Part shown: one piece after another, positions 27,225-36,716 of the stretch
Layout of the letters: each line of letters opens with the position of its first letter
Position numbering within the stretch: the first letter of the stretch is position 1
Origin: an uncultured Porphyromonadaceae bacterium
GTDB lineage: Bacteria; Bacteroidota; Bacteroidia; Bacteroidales; UBA12481
Assembly (NCBI GenBank): GCA_964457845.1
Contig: CAYWHP010000007.1
Span: forward strand, 1,349-41,472
Length of the DNA: 40,124 bases
Reading direction: 5' to 3'
Position numbers and translations under genes: made by a program
Notes under the pieces: model-generated
Databases searched by the model: none
What the model saw: the letters and a program-made list of their open reading frames with translations, nothing else
What the model was told of the DNA's origin: nothing

Positions 27225-29006
27225 ATGAATAGCATAGCTAAGGGATTATTTATCTTTATATTATGTGCTGCTTTCCCAGGAGCCGGCCAGGCTCAGCGAA
27301 GTGCGTCCATTACGGCTGCCGAACTGCGTGACCATGTGGAATACCTGGCTTCACAGGAACTGGCCGGACGCTATCCGGGCACACCAGGCGATCTGAAGGC
27401 AGCCAGCTATATTTCCGGGGTTTTTAAGGATTATGGATTGAAAGCACCATTTAAGAATGGTTTTCAGGAATTCCGGGTAACTACCGGCATTCGTAAAGGT
27501 ACGGCGAACAGTATGTCGGTTAACGGCATCAGAGGCACTGCAGACAAGGATTTTACCCCGGTTTCGATCAGTGAGAATGGTGTGGCAGATGCTGGATCCA
27601 TCTTTCTTGGGTATGGGTTCAGGATCAAGGGGGATTCCCTAAACTGGGATGACTACGCCGGTATTGATGCAAGGGGAAAAGTGGCCATTATGCTCCTTGG
27701 TGCGCCTGAGCCTGCCAAAGGTGCGACAGATCCTTTCGAAGAATACGGCTCTGTGCGGCTTAAACTGCTGAGTGCACGGGATGCCGGTGTGGCGGCAGTG
27801 ATTTTTGTGGCTGGACCAGCCTATGATGATAAGGATGAGCTGGATTTCGGCACTGTAAAAGAAAATTCAGCCGGGTTGCCGGTTATGCGGGCAAGGCGCA
27901 CATTTATCAATCAGGCGCTTGCCGGTTCAGGCATCACCATTGAAACAGCCGAACAGGAGCTCAACACGGGCCATCGGCCAATTTCAAGGGAACTTGGATT
28001 CTCATCAACACTGAAAGCAGATATTGTTACCACTACGGCCACCACCCAAAACGTGATCGGCTGGATCCATGCGAAGGATACGGGTGCCGTTCAGGAGTGG
28101 GTGGTTGTGGGGGCCCATTACGATCATCTTGGTATGGGCGGGTCAGGTTCAGGTTCAAGGGTGCAGGATACGGTCGGGGTCCACCCGGGAGCCGATGACA
28201 ATGCGTCCGGCGTGGCTTCTGTTATGGAAATGGCCGGTTATCTCTCCTCGGTGAAGGGTGGTCTTAAACGCTCTGTACTTTTTGTAGCCTTTGCCGGAGA
28301 AGAAATGGGACTTCTTGGTTCGAAATACTTTGTAGAAAACAGCCCGATACCACTGAAAAGTGTCAGTGCGATGATCAACTTCGACATGGTCGGGCGTCCG
28401 AATGAACAGAAGAGGCTGTCAATCAGTGGAACGGGTACAGCAGCAGAGATGGACAGTGTTTTGGGCCTGGTTCAGTCGGGAAACCTCAAGTGGGAGAAGT
28501 CTCCGGAAGGTCCCGGACCATCCGACCACTCATCATTTTATTCTGTCAAAGTGCCTGTTTTGTATTTCAGCACGGGTTCGCATCTCGACTACCATACTCC
28601 GGCAGATACACCGGATAAGCTTGACTATATAAATATGGCCGAAATCAACCATGAGGTTTCTGAAATCATCCTGGCTGTGGCCAATGCGCCAAAGCAACTG
28701 ACTTTCAGGGAATCCGGATCAAGGGCAGCTGATAGCGGCCGCAGGAAGCTTAAGGTTTCACTGGGGATCATGCCAGATGTTTCCGGCAGCGAAAACAACG
28801 GTCTGCGGGTGGAGCACGCCACTCCGGGCAAACCGGCCCAGCTCGCCGGAATCACCAAGGGCGACCGGATTGTGGGTATCAATGGATTACCGGTAACCAA
28901 TGTGTATGATTATATGACACGTCTGCAAACCCTCAGGGCAGGTCAGACGGTTTCGGTTGAACTTTTGCGCGGCGATGAGAAAATAGTAGTTTTAGTGCAA
29001 CTTTAA
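27225..29006 (+). CDS. M28 family aminopeptidase with PA and C-terminal PDZ domains, secreted
   Basis: Signal peptide from MNSIAKG; GAHYDHLG, GADDNASG, FAGEEMGLLGS, NFDMVG, PSDH, YHTP.D; PDZ with LGIMPD...GITKGDRIV. TATTTTTG box at 27191-27198. Confidence 0.92.
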   Translation: MNSIAKGLFIFILCAAFPGAGQAQRSASITAAELRDHVEYLASQELAGRYPGTPGDLKAASYISGVFKDYGLKAPFKNGFQEFRVTTGIRKGTANSMSVNGIRGTADKDFTPVSISENGVADAGSIFLGYGFRIKGDSLNWDDYAGIDARGKVAIMLLGAPEPAKGATDPFEEYGSVRLKLLSARDAGVAAVIFVAGPAYDDKDELDFGTVKENSAGLPVMRARRTFINQALAGSGITIETAEQELNTGHRPISRELGFSSTLKADIVTTTATTQNVIGWIHAKDTGAVQEWVVVGAHYDHLGMGGSGSGSRVQDTVGVHPGADDNASGVASVMEMAGYLSSVKGGLKRSVLFVAFAGEEMGLLGSKYFVENSPIPLKSVSAMINFDMVGRPNEQKRLSISGTGTAAEMDSVLGLVQSGNLKWEKSPEGPGPSDHSSFYSVKVPVLYFSTGSHLDYHTPADTPDKLDYINMAEINHEVSEIILAVANAPKQLTFRESGSRAADSGRRKLKVSLGIMPDVSGSENNGLRVEHATPGKPAQLAGITKGDRIVGINGLPVTNVYDYMTRLQTLRAGQTVSVELLRGDEKIVVLVQL

Positions 29007-29019
29007 AATATCAGCATAT

Positions 29020-29877
29020 ATGAAGAAGACTTTGTTATGGGTTCTGGCCGTGGTGATTACAATCTCCGCAGCTATCTACCAGCGTAAAACAGGGCCTACC
29101 TATCCACGTTCCGAAACCATTACCATTGGCGACAGTACCTATAAGTTAAGCCTTATCCGGACAAATGTTTCGATCCGGGATGCCCGGGTTAAGCTGCCAT
29201 GGCGCGATACCACCATTCAGGCAACCATCATCTACAAAAAGCTGGGTGTGAAGGAAGAATGGACCCGGGTACCTTTCAAGCTTACCGACATACGGTATCA
29301 CTCTGCATTCATGAAGAAAGTACTCAGGAAGAAAGATGAAACCCTGATGGCTGCGTATCTGCCGCAGCAACCGCCTGCCGGAAAGCTGGAATACTGGATC
29401 GAGCTGACCAGTAACGGCCAGGTGCAATATGTTGCTAAAGATGAACCAATTGTGATCCGCTTTAAAGGTGATGTCCCCGCCGGAGTTCTTATACCGCACA
29501 TCATCCTGATGTTCCTCGCTATGCTATTCTCACTGGCAGCAGGACTTTATGCACTATTTAAGCTCGACAGTTACCGGCGTTATACCCTTTGGACATTCGG
29601 AATCCTCTTTATTGGCGGCTTTATTTTCGGTCCATGGGTTCAGTGGTATGCTTTCGGCGACTGGTGGACGGGTGTCCCGTTTGGTTGGGACCTTACCGAC
29701 AACAAAACCCTATTTGCGTTTATTTTCTGGATTGCTGCTCTGTTTGGAATAAAGGGCAAGGGCCGTCCGTGGCTCATCATCCTGGCCGCGATAATGACCA
29801 TTGTCATTTTCAGCATACCGCACAGTATGTTCGGGTCGACACTGGATTATACGACAGGTGCAGTGAAGCAGGGATAG
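29020..29877 (+). CDS. Uncharacterised integral membrane protein (N-terminal TM, soluble domain, ~4 C-terminal TMs)
   Basis: 285-aa ORF 13 nt downstream of the M28 gene; clear hydrophobic segments; no family recognised. Confidence 0.8.
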   Translation: MKKTLLWVLAVVITISAAIYQRKTGPTYPRSETITIGDSTYKLSLIRTNVSIRDARVKLPWRDTTIQATIIYKKLGVKEEWTRVPFKLTDIRYHSAFMKKVLRKKDETLMAAYLPQQPPAGKLEYWIELTSNGQVQYVAKDEPIVIRFKGDVPAGVLIPHIILMFLAMLFSLAAGLYALFKLDSYRRYTLWTFGILFIGGFIFGPWVQWYAFGDWWTGVPFGWDLTDNKTLFAFIFWIAALFGIKGKGRPWLIILAAIMTIVIFSIPHSMFGSTLDYTTGAVKQG

Positions 29878-29903
29878 GCAGGTTTCCGGAAGGCAGTCTT
29901 TTA

Positions 29904-29944
29904 CTGAAAAATTGTCAGGGTGCATTCATGGCATGGCCTTTGAA
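29904..29944 (+). promoter_or_regulatory. Sigma54-like -24/-12 box with upstream imperfect palindrome, before htpG
   Basis: TGGCATG-GCCT-TTGAA at 29929-29944 compared with TGGCACG-N4-TTGCW; CTGAAAAATTGTCAG at 29904-29918. Confidence 0.45.
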
Positions 29945-29976
29945 AAAGGTTGCCAGGCTAAACTATTATATTATTT

Positions 29977-32034
29977 ATGGAAACTTCAAAGCAACAAGGA
30001 ACGATCAATGTCACTTCGGAAAACATTTTTCCGATCATTAAGAAATTCCTCTATTCCGATCATGAAATCTTTCTGCGTGAATTGATTTCCAATGCAGTTG
30101 ATGCAACCCAGAAGCTGAAAACGATGGCCTCTGTCGGCGAGTTCACGGGTGAACTGGGAGATCTGACCATTCGGGTTTCGATTGACAGGAAGAAGAAAAC
30201 CCTTACCGTATCCGATCGTGGTATCGGAATGACTGCCAAGGAGATCGAGAAATTCATAAACCAGATTGCCTTCTCGGGTGCCGAGGAGTTCATGAAGAAA
30301 TACAAGAAGGACGCCAATGCCATTATCGGTCATTTCGGCCTCGGATTCTACTCATCCTTCATGGTTTCCGACAAAGTGGAAATCGTTACTAAATCGCACA
30401 AACGGGGAAAGGCTGTGGTCTGGACCTGCAAGGGTGATCCGGAATACACGCTGGAAGAGACCGATCGCGAAGATCGCGGAACCGACATCATCCTTCATAT
30501 CGATAAGGACTCTTCTGAATTCCTGGAAGAAGACCGTATCCAGAGTCTCCTGACAAAATACAGCCGGTTTCTGCCAATACCCATTGCCTTCGGAAAAGAG
30601 AAAGAGTGGAAGGACGGAAAGAATGTTGAAACCGACAATGACAAGATTATAAACATCACCGAACCGGCGTGGACCAAAAAGCCGGTTGACCTCACCGAAG
30701 AGGATTACTCGAAATTTTACAGGGATCTCTATCCCATGTCGGAAGATCCGCTTTTCCATATTCACCTCAATGTTGATTATCCTTTCAACCTCACAGGTAT
30801 CCTCTATTTCCCGAAAATCAGGAACAACTACGAGGTACAGAAAAACAAGATTCAGCTTTACTGCAACCAGGTTTTTGTTACCGATTCAGTTGAAGGCATT
30901 GTTCCGGACTTCCTGACATTGCTGCACGGGGTGCTCGACAGTCCGGATATTCCGCTGAACGTGAGCCGGTCGTATCTCCAGTCTGATCAGAATGTAAAAA
31001 AGATTTCCGCACACATCACCAAAAAGGTTGCTGACCGGCTTAAGGATATTTTCACTGAAAACCGCGAGCAGTTCGAGCAGAAGTGGGATGATCTCAAGCT
31101 CTTCATTCAGTACGGAATGCTTACCGAAGAGAAGTTTTGGGAGAAGGCAAGGGACTATGCACTGCTGAAGAATACCGAAGGAAAGTATTTTACCTATGAC
31201 GAATACCGGGAAATCATCAAGGGCAACCAGACCGATAAGAACGGAACACTCGTTTACCTGTATGCCAGCGATAAGGATGAGCAGTTCAGTTTTATCCGGG
31301 CTGCAAGGGAAAAGGGGTATGATGTTCTTGTCATGGACGGACAGTTCGACACCCATTTTCTGAATCATCTGGAGGAAAAGCTTGAAAAGGTCCATTTTGT
31401 CCGTGTCGATTCCGACGTGGTAGATAAACTCATTGTAAAGGACGAGACGAGGGACTCCAAACTCGACAAAAACCTTCAGGCATGGTTAAATCCTGTTTTT
31501 AAAAGTCAGGCTCCCGGTGACGGATATTTCGTTACTTTCGAGGCACTCGACGAAACCGCGCATCCTGTTATAATTACCCAATCCGAATGGAGTCGCAGGA
31601 TGAAGGAAATGTCGAAGTTTTCTGGTGGTATGAATTTTTACAAGGACCTTCCCGACAGTTACAATCTGGTTGTCAACAGCAACCACCCCGTTGTGCTTCA
31701 GATCGGCAATGAACTGAATAGCTCGCTCGGTGGAGAAGCCGGAAAGTTTGACGATGAGGTTGCCCTTATCAAAACCGAACAGGAGAGTCTCGAAAACCTG
31801 TTGAAAGGCAAAAAGGATGACGAGATTGCGCAGGAGGAGAAGGATAAGCGCAGCGAACTGCGAACCCGGATTGAGGAGGCCGAGAAGCAGCGTAACGAGC
31901 TGCTTACTGCATACGGTAAGGGAAATCCACTGGTTAAACAGCTCATCGACCTGGCCCTTCTTGCTACGAACAAGCTAACCGGCGAGGCACTCGATGCATT
32001 TGTGCAAAGAAGTATACTTTTGTTAGGCAAATAA
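29977..32034 (+). CDS. htpG: Molecular chaperone HtpG (Hsp90)
   Basis: FLYSDHEIFLRELISNAVDA, DRGIGMT, IGHFGLGFYS, DIPLNVSRSYLQ. Confidence 0.97.
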   Translation: METSKQQGTINVTSENIFPIIKKFLYSDHEIFLRELISNAVDATQKLKTMASVGEFTGELGDLTIRVSIDRKKKTLTVSDRGIGMTAKEIEKFINQIAFSGAEEFMKKYKKDANAIIGHFGLGFYSSFMVSDKVEIVTKSHKRGKAVVWTCKGDPEYTLEETDREDRGTDIILHIDKDSSEFLEEDRIQSLLTKYSRFLPIPIAFGKEKEWKDGKNVETDNDKIINITEPAWTKKPVDLTEEDYSKFYRDLYPMSEDPLFHIHLNVDYPFNLTGILYFPKIRNNYEVQKNKIQLYCNQVFVTDSVEGIVPDFLTLLHGVLDSPDIPLNVSRSYLQSDQNVKKISAHITKKVADRLKDIFTENREQFEQKWDDLKLFIQYGMLTEEKFWEKARDYALLKNTEGKYFTYDEYREIIKGNQTDKNGTLVYLYASDKDEQFSFIRAAREKGYDVLVMDGQFDTHFLNHLEEKLEKVHFVRVDSDVVDKLIVKDETRDSKLDKNLQAWLNPVFKSQAPGDGYFVTFEALDETAHPVIITQSEWSRRMKEMSKFSGGMNFYKDLPDSYNLVVNSNHPVVLQIGNELNSSLGGEAGKFDDEVALIKTEQESLENLLKGKKDDEIAQEEKDKRSELRTRIEEAEKQRNELLTAYGKGNPLVKQLIDLALLATNKLTGEALDAFVQRSILLLGK

Positions 32035-32046
32035 TTCAGCTTTAAC

Positions 32047-32706
32047 ATGAAAAACAGATTGGTATTTCTTTTGCTGGCAGCGCTTGTTCTGTCGGGTACC
32101 GCCGCAAGGGCACAGTTTTCATACGGCGCCAAGCTCGGCATGTCCTTTCCCGGATTCATCGATGAAACGATCGCAAGCCAGCGCATAACCCTGAATACCG
32201 GTGCTGTCGGCAGTGTCAGGTTTTTTGATGGCCTCCAGCTCGTGACGGAACTGAACTATCAGCGCAAAGGAAATAAGTATACCAATCAGTTCTGGGATTC
32301 AAAGAATGTCCTGGTAGAGGATTCTTCCTACGTGGTGAAGACCAATCTGGATTACATCAATATCCCCCTGTACCTCAAGGTTAACCTGGGGCGGTCGAGT
32401 AAATTCTATTTTCAGGCCGGCGGCTATTACGGGTACCTTCTGCATGCCAATTTTACCGGCAAGCGTTTAGGTGAAATGGTGAAAAAGGCGGATATTATCG
32501 ATGGGCTGCACCGTTCGGATTATGGAATTATCCTGGGAGGAGGAATCGAAACGCCTATCCGTCCGGGCCTGGGAGTTATACTTGACATCAAATACCAATA
32601 CGGACTTAAGGACATCAATAAGGACCATCTCATTATAGGTGATTCCAAACCCTTGAAAAACAAAGGGCTGGCCATGAGCATGGGGTTTTATATGGATATT
32701 GAATAG
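32047..32706 (+). CDS. Outer-membrane beta-barrel (porin / PorT-like, OMP_b-brl_2) protein
   Basis: Signal peptide ending ARAQ; ELNYQRKG, LDYINIPL, GGYYGYLL, DYGIILGGG, KYQYGL alternating beta-strand pattern. Confidence 0.8.
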   Translation: MKNRLVFLLLAALVLSGTAARAQFSYGAKLGMSFPGFIDETIASQRITLNTGAVGSVRFFDGLQLVTELNYQRKGNKYTNQFWDSKNVLVEDSSYVVKTNLDYINIPLYLKVNLGRSSKFYFQAGGYYGYLLHANFTGKRLGEMVKKADIIDGLHRSDYGIILGGGIETPIRPGLGVILDIKYQYGLKDINKDHLIIGDSKPLKNKGLAMSMGFYMDIE

Positions 32707-32725
32707 TGTTCCGTTACGTTTATGC

Positions 32726-32756
32726 AGAGAGCCGGCGAATGCTGGCTCTCTTTTTT
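32726..32756 (+). terminator. Intrinsic terminator after htpG-OMP
   Basis: AGAGAGCCGGC-GAAT-GCTGGCTCTCT followed by a T run. Confidence 0.8.
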
Positions 32757-32771
32757 ATATCCTGATGGAGT

Positions 32772-33299
32772 TTACCGATCAAGAAGTATCCGGGTTTCGT
32801 TGCGCAGAAACTCAAGGGCAGCGAGGGTGGGGGCGGTGTCGGCCTCCATCTGCAGTTCGATGATTTTTTTGCTCAGCCCAAGTGCGGGTCCGTCAGGATC
32901 TACCTGAAATGCCGCCGTATTAATGATTTTAATGGTTCCTTCCTTGGCATTTCGGATTACATTCCATGCATCGCCTGAGATGTATATCTGTTGCGACAGA
33001 TTATGCTCATATTCAGACCGTATTGATGCGAGAAGATGCTGGTGGAATTCACGCGCGGTGAATTCATCGCTTTGTTCCCGTACAACCAGCGAATCAACCG
33101 TTATCCGCTCCAGGAACAGAGCCAGCCGCTCATACGCCTGAAGCCGCATCGGAAGTGTCTTCCGCCTGTCCTGCATCAGAAGGTCGTGGTCGCGGTCGCG
33201 TACAAACGATTTAAAGTAGAAGCGCATCATGACCATTGAGGTGAGGAAAACCACGAGTGCGGGAACTGTATATTTCAGAATCTCCAGGAATTCTTTCAT
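32772..33299 (-). CDS. Conserved Bacteroidota hypothetical membrane-anchored protein
   Basis: N-terminal TM; LPMRLQAYERLALFLERI and IRSEYEHNLSQQIY motifs typical of a Bacteroidota conserved hypothetical family; TACCTTTG box on - at 33345-33352. Confidence 0.8.
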   Translation of the reverse strand: MKEFLEILKYTVPALVVFLTSMVMMRFYFKSFVRDRDHDLLMQDRRKTLPMRLQAYERLALFLERITVDSLVVREQSDEFTAREFHQHLLASIRSEYEHNLSQQIYISGDAWNVIRNAKEGTIKIINTAAFQVDPDGPALGLSKKIIELQMEADTAPTLAALEFLRNETRILLDR

Positions 33300-33397
33300 G
33301 GGAAGAAGTTAATTGGTTGTTACTACTGTTTCTCTTTAACCCGGCAAAGGTAAAAATAGTACCTTTAGCGATTTCTTTTTTTAATGCGACAGACATA

Positions 33398-34597
33398 ATG
33401 AAAGCTGAACAGGTTTCAAAACGATTACAATCTCTGGCCTTATCGGAAACCCTGGCCATGGCACAGAAGAGCAGGGAGCTGAAGAGCCTGGGCATCGATA
33501 TCGTTGATTTGAGTCTTGGCGAGCCCGATTTCAATACTCCGGAACATATCAAACAGGCTGCTGTAGAGGCCATCCGGAACAATTTTACCCACTATCCACC
33601 GGTTCCGGGATATGCCGATCTCAGGGAAGCTATCGCCGCCAAACTGAAGCGCGACAATAATCTGGAGTTTTCACCCGACCAGATCGTTGTGTCGAACGGG
33701 GCAAAGCAGTCGATTGGGAATGTTATACTCAGCACGGTTGACCCCGGCGATGAGGTGGTCATACCAGCACCCTATTGGGTGTCCTATCCGGAAATCATCA
33801 AGATGGCGGGTGGTGTGCCCGTTATTGTGCATGCCGGGATCGACCAGTCGTTCAAGATTACGCCAGCTCAGCTTGAAGCTGCCATTACCGGCAAAACCAG
33901 GGCATTCCTGTTCAGTTCGCCGTCAAACCCAACCGGTGAGATCTATTCCAGGGAGGAGCTTTCCGGTCTCGCAGCGGTTTTTGAAAGGCATCCGCAAATC
34001 CTCATCATTTCTGATGAGATTTATGAGTACATCAACTACACCGGTCTTCATGAATCCATTGCACAGTTTGAATATCTTAGGGATAGGGTTGCCATAATAA
34101 ATGGTGTTTCAAAGGGTTATGCGATGACCGGATGGAGGATAGGTTACCTGGCGGCGCCGCTTTGGCTGTCCAAGGCATGCCAGAAACTTCAGGGTCAGTA
34201 TACCTCCGGTGCCTGCACCATCGCTCAAAAGGCCTCAATCGCCGGCCTAATGGGCGACCAAACGGTTATTGGAGAGATGGTGTCCGAATTCCTGAAACGA
34301 CGCGACCTGATGGTCAGCCGGCTTTCTGCTATCCCCGGAATCCGCACAAACAACCCGCCCGGAGCCTTTTATGTGTTGCCCGATGTTACTGCCTATTACG
34401 GGAAATCGGATGGAACCACCACCATCACCAACGAAACCGACCTGGTGATGTACCTGCTTAACGAGGCGCATATCACCATGGTCTCCGGATCGGCTTTTGG
34501 GGCACCCGGGTGTATCCGGATCTCCTATTCCACCTCGCGCGAACTGATCGGGAAGGCTATGGACAGGATGGAAATCGCAATGGCCAGGCTGAAATAA
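33398..34597 (+). CDS. Aspartate aminotransferase (class I/II, subgroup Ib)
   Basis: LSLGEPDF, SNGAKQS, PAPYWVSY, SPSNPTG, SDEIYE, NGVSKGYAMTGWRIGY, GAFY. Start at MKAEQ (33398). Confidence 0.92.
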   Translation: MKAEQVSKRLQSLALSETLAMAQKSRELKSLGIDIVDLSLGEPDFNTPEHIKQAAVEAIRNNFTHYPPVPGYADLREAIAAKLKRDNNLEFSPDQIVVSNGAKQSIGNVILSTVDPGDEVVIPAPYWVSYPEIIKMAGGVPVIVHAGIDQSFKITPAQLEAAITGKTRAFLFSSPSNPTGEIYSREELSGLAAVFERHPQILIISDEIYEYINYTGLHESIAQFEYLRDRVAIINGVSKGYAMTGWRIGYLAAPLWLSKACQKLQGQYTSGACTIAQKASIAGLMGDQTVIGEMVSEFLKRRDLMVSRLSAIPGIRTNNPPGAFYVLPDVTAYYGKSDGTTTITNETDLVMYLLNEAHITMVSGSAFGAPGCIRISYSTSRELIGKAMDRMEIAMARLK

Positions 34598-34601
34598 CAG
34601 T

Positions 34602-35639
34602 ATGAAGCGGAAGAAGGTATTGATTGCCGGCGGCATAGCCGGTGTTGCCATGATTATCCTGACACTGCTCGCCGGCGGCAGTGTGCTTTACAGGTGGGTT
34701 TACAGCCCGAGCCTCCTGAATGTTCCCTCCGATTCTGTCTACTTTTTCGTTAAGACAGGCTCTGAATATCCGCAGGTATACGTTGACTTCAGAAAATCGG
34801 GCTGGCTAAGGCACGGGCGTGGATTCGACTGGGTTGCACGGCAGAAGGAGTACCCGTCGAATGTAAAACCCGGGCGCTACCTGCTCACCCGGGGCATGTC
34901 GAACGCAGCTATTGTCGACCTGCTAAGGTCGGGCCGTCAGGCGGAAGTCAGCCTTGTCTTTAGAACCACCCGGCATTTCGACAGATTGGCCGGAGTCATT
35001 TCAAAACAAATCGAAGCGGATTCGTTGTCACTGCTTGCCGCCTTCCGCGACACTGCCGTGATGCGCAGTTATGGTCTTACACCCGACCAGTGGCGGGCGA
35101 TGTTCATCCCGAACACCTACCGGTTTTTATGGAATACCAGTGCGAAGCAGTTCCTCGACAGGATGCAAAGGGAGTTCAATGCTTTCTGGAATGAGGAACG
35201 AATGGCCAAACTCAGCAACTTGGGACTTGATAAATTTCAGTTGATGTCACTGGCTGCCATTGTGCAGGAGGAGACTTTTAAAACGGAGGATATGCCGGTG
35301 GTAGCCGGTGTTTACATGAACCGGATCCGCACCGGGATGAAGCTGCAGGCTGATCCGACTGTTGTTTTTGCCATCGGTGATTTTTCCATCCGGCGAGTGC
35401 TGTTTTCCCACCTGAGTGTGGATTCCCCTTATAATACCTATAAATATCCGGGCCTCCCGCCAGGTCCTATCCGTATACCATCCATGGAGGCAATCGATGC
35501 CTGCCTTAATCATGCAAAACACGGGTATTTCTATTTCTGTGCCAAGGAGGATTTTAGCGGCTATTCCGTATTTGCGCGCACCTATGTTGAGCACATGGTT
35601 AACGCGCGACGTTATCAGCGGGCAATAAGCAGGCGCTAA
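34602..35639 (+). CDS. mltG: Endolytic transglycosylase MltG (YceG)
   Basis: N-terminal TM; FIPNTY, LAAIVQEET, VYMNR...MKLQADPT, SPYNTY...GLPPGPI, YFYFCA. Confidence 0.94.
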   Translation: MKRKKVLIAGGIAGVAMIILTLLAGGSVLYRWVYSPSLLNVPSDSVYFFVKTGSEYPQVYVDFRKSGWLRHGRGFDWVARQKEYPSNVKPGRYLLTRGMSNAAIVDLLRSGRQAEVSLVFRTTRHFDRLAGVISKQIEADSLSLLAAFRDTAVMRSYGLTPDQWRAMFIPNTYRFLWNTSAKQFLDRMQREFNAFWNEERMAKLSNLGLDKFQLMSLAAIVQEETFKTEDMPVVAGVYMNRIRTGMKLQADPTVVFAIGDFSIRRVLFSHLSVDSPYNTYKYPGLPPGPIRIPSMEAIDACLNHAKHGYFYFCAKEDFSGYSVFARTYVEHMVNARRYQRAISRR

Positions 35640-36649
35640 ACAACCCTGACTTCCCGTTCCAGTTTAATCCCGAACTTATTCTTTACCGATTCGGTGATCC
35701 GGTCAGCAAGTCGGATAATATCGGATGCTTCGGCGGATCCGTGGTTCACGAGCACCAGCGCCTGCAGGGGCCAGATGCCCGCATCGCCTTCACGGAAGCC
35801 TTTCCATCCGCATTGCTCAATCAGCCATCCGGCAGGTATTTTCACGGTACCCGGGCCATGGTAAAAGGCTGGCATGCCTTCATGGGACTCACGCATAAGA
35901 CCGGCCTGGCAGGCGGAGACGACCGGGTTCTTGAAGAAACTGCCGGCATTTCCGGTTTCGGCGGGATCCGGAAGTTTTGATTTCCGTATCCGGATTACTG
36001 CGTCCCTCACTTCAGCAATGCCTGGCCTGATACCTCCGGCAAAGCATTCTTTTAACGGCTGGTATTCAAGATTTATGAGCGGATCTTTTTCGAGTTGAAA
36101 AACCACCTCCCAAACCAGCCAGGCTTGATGATCCGGCTCCTTGAAGATACTGTGGCGGTAACCGAAGCGGCAGTCACCACCCGAAACCGAAAACAGTTTT
36201 CCGGTCAGCAGGTCGAGCACCCTCACATAGGCCACATTAACTCCGATCTCAGCCCCATAAGCCCCGATATTCTGCACCGGAGCAGCGCCTACCGTACCCG
36301 GAATGAGGGATAGGTTTTCGAGACCACCGTATCCTTTGCTAACGCACCAGGCAACAAAACGGTCCCAGTCGGAGCCCGCCCCGGCACTAATCAGTACCGA
36401 GCCGGATGACTCTTCGAGAAGGCTGATAGCTTCGTTAACGGGACGGATGACGGCCGGGATTAACGGTGACAAGAACAACAGGTTGCTGCCGCCACCCAGG
36501 ATCAGCAAATTGCCTGCATCGGTGCCGGTGCCGGCAAGCGCCATCATGAGGGCATCCGTCTCGTCCGACTCTATCAGGATTCCTGCTGTGGAATCCAGTC
36601 CGAATGTGTTGTATTCCCTTAACGGGTGGTTTTTTCGGATATTAATCAT
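35636..36649 (-). CDS. murB: UDP-N-acetylmuramate dehydrogenase
   Basis: NTFG, LGGGSNLL, GLENLSLIPGTVGAAPVQNIGAYG, FGYRHSIFK, GNAGSFFKNP, QALVLVN, LEREV. Confidence 0.96.
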   Translation of the reverse strand: MINIRKNHPLREYNTFGLDSTAGILIESDETDALMMALAGTGTDAGNLLILGGGSNLLFLSPLIPAVIRPVNEAISLLEESSGSVLISAGAGSDWDRFVAWCVSKGYGGLENLSLIPGTVGAAPVQNIGAYGAEIGVNVAYVRVLDLLTGKLFSVSGGDCRFGYRHSIFKEPDHQAWLVWEVVFQLEKDPLINLEYQPLKECFAGGIRPGIAEVRDAVIRIRKSKLPDPAETGNAGSFFKNPVVSACQAGLMRESHEGMPAFYHGPGTVKIPAGWLIEQCGWKGFREGDAGIWPLQALVLVNHGSAEASDIIRLADRITESVKNKFGIKLEREVRVV

Positions 36650-36716
36650 GGGATAAAGATACGCCTGATAAAATTAAACTGCTATTTTTCGGTTTATTCA
36701 CCGAACAAGCGGTTAA

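Noticed and set aside
33346-33366. Inverted repeat AAAGGTA-N7-TACCTTT as a transcription-factor operator
   Set aside because: Explained by two back-to-back -7 promoter boxes of the divergent genes.
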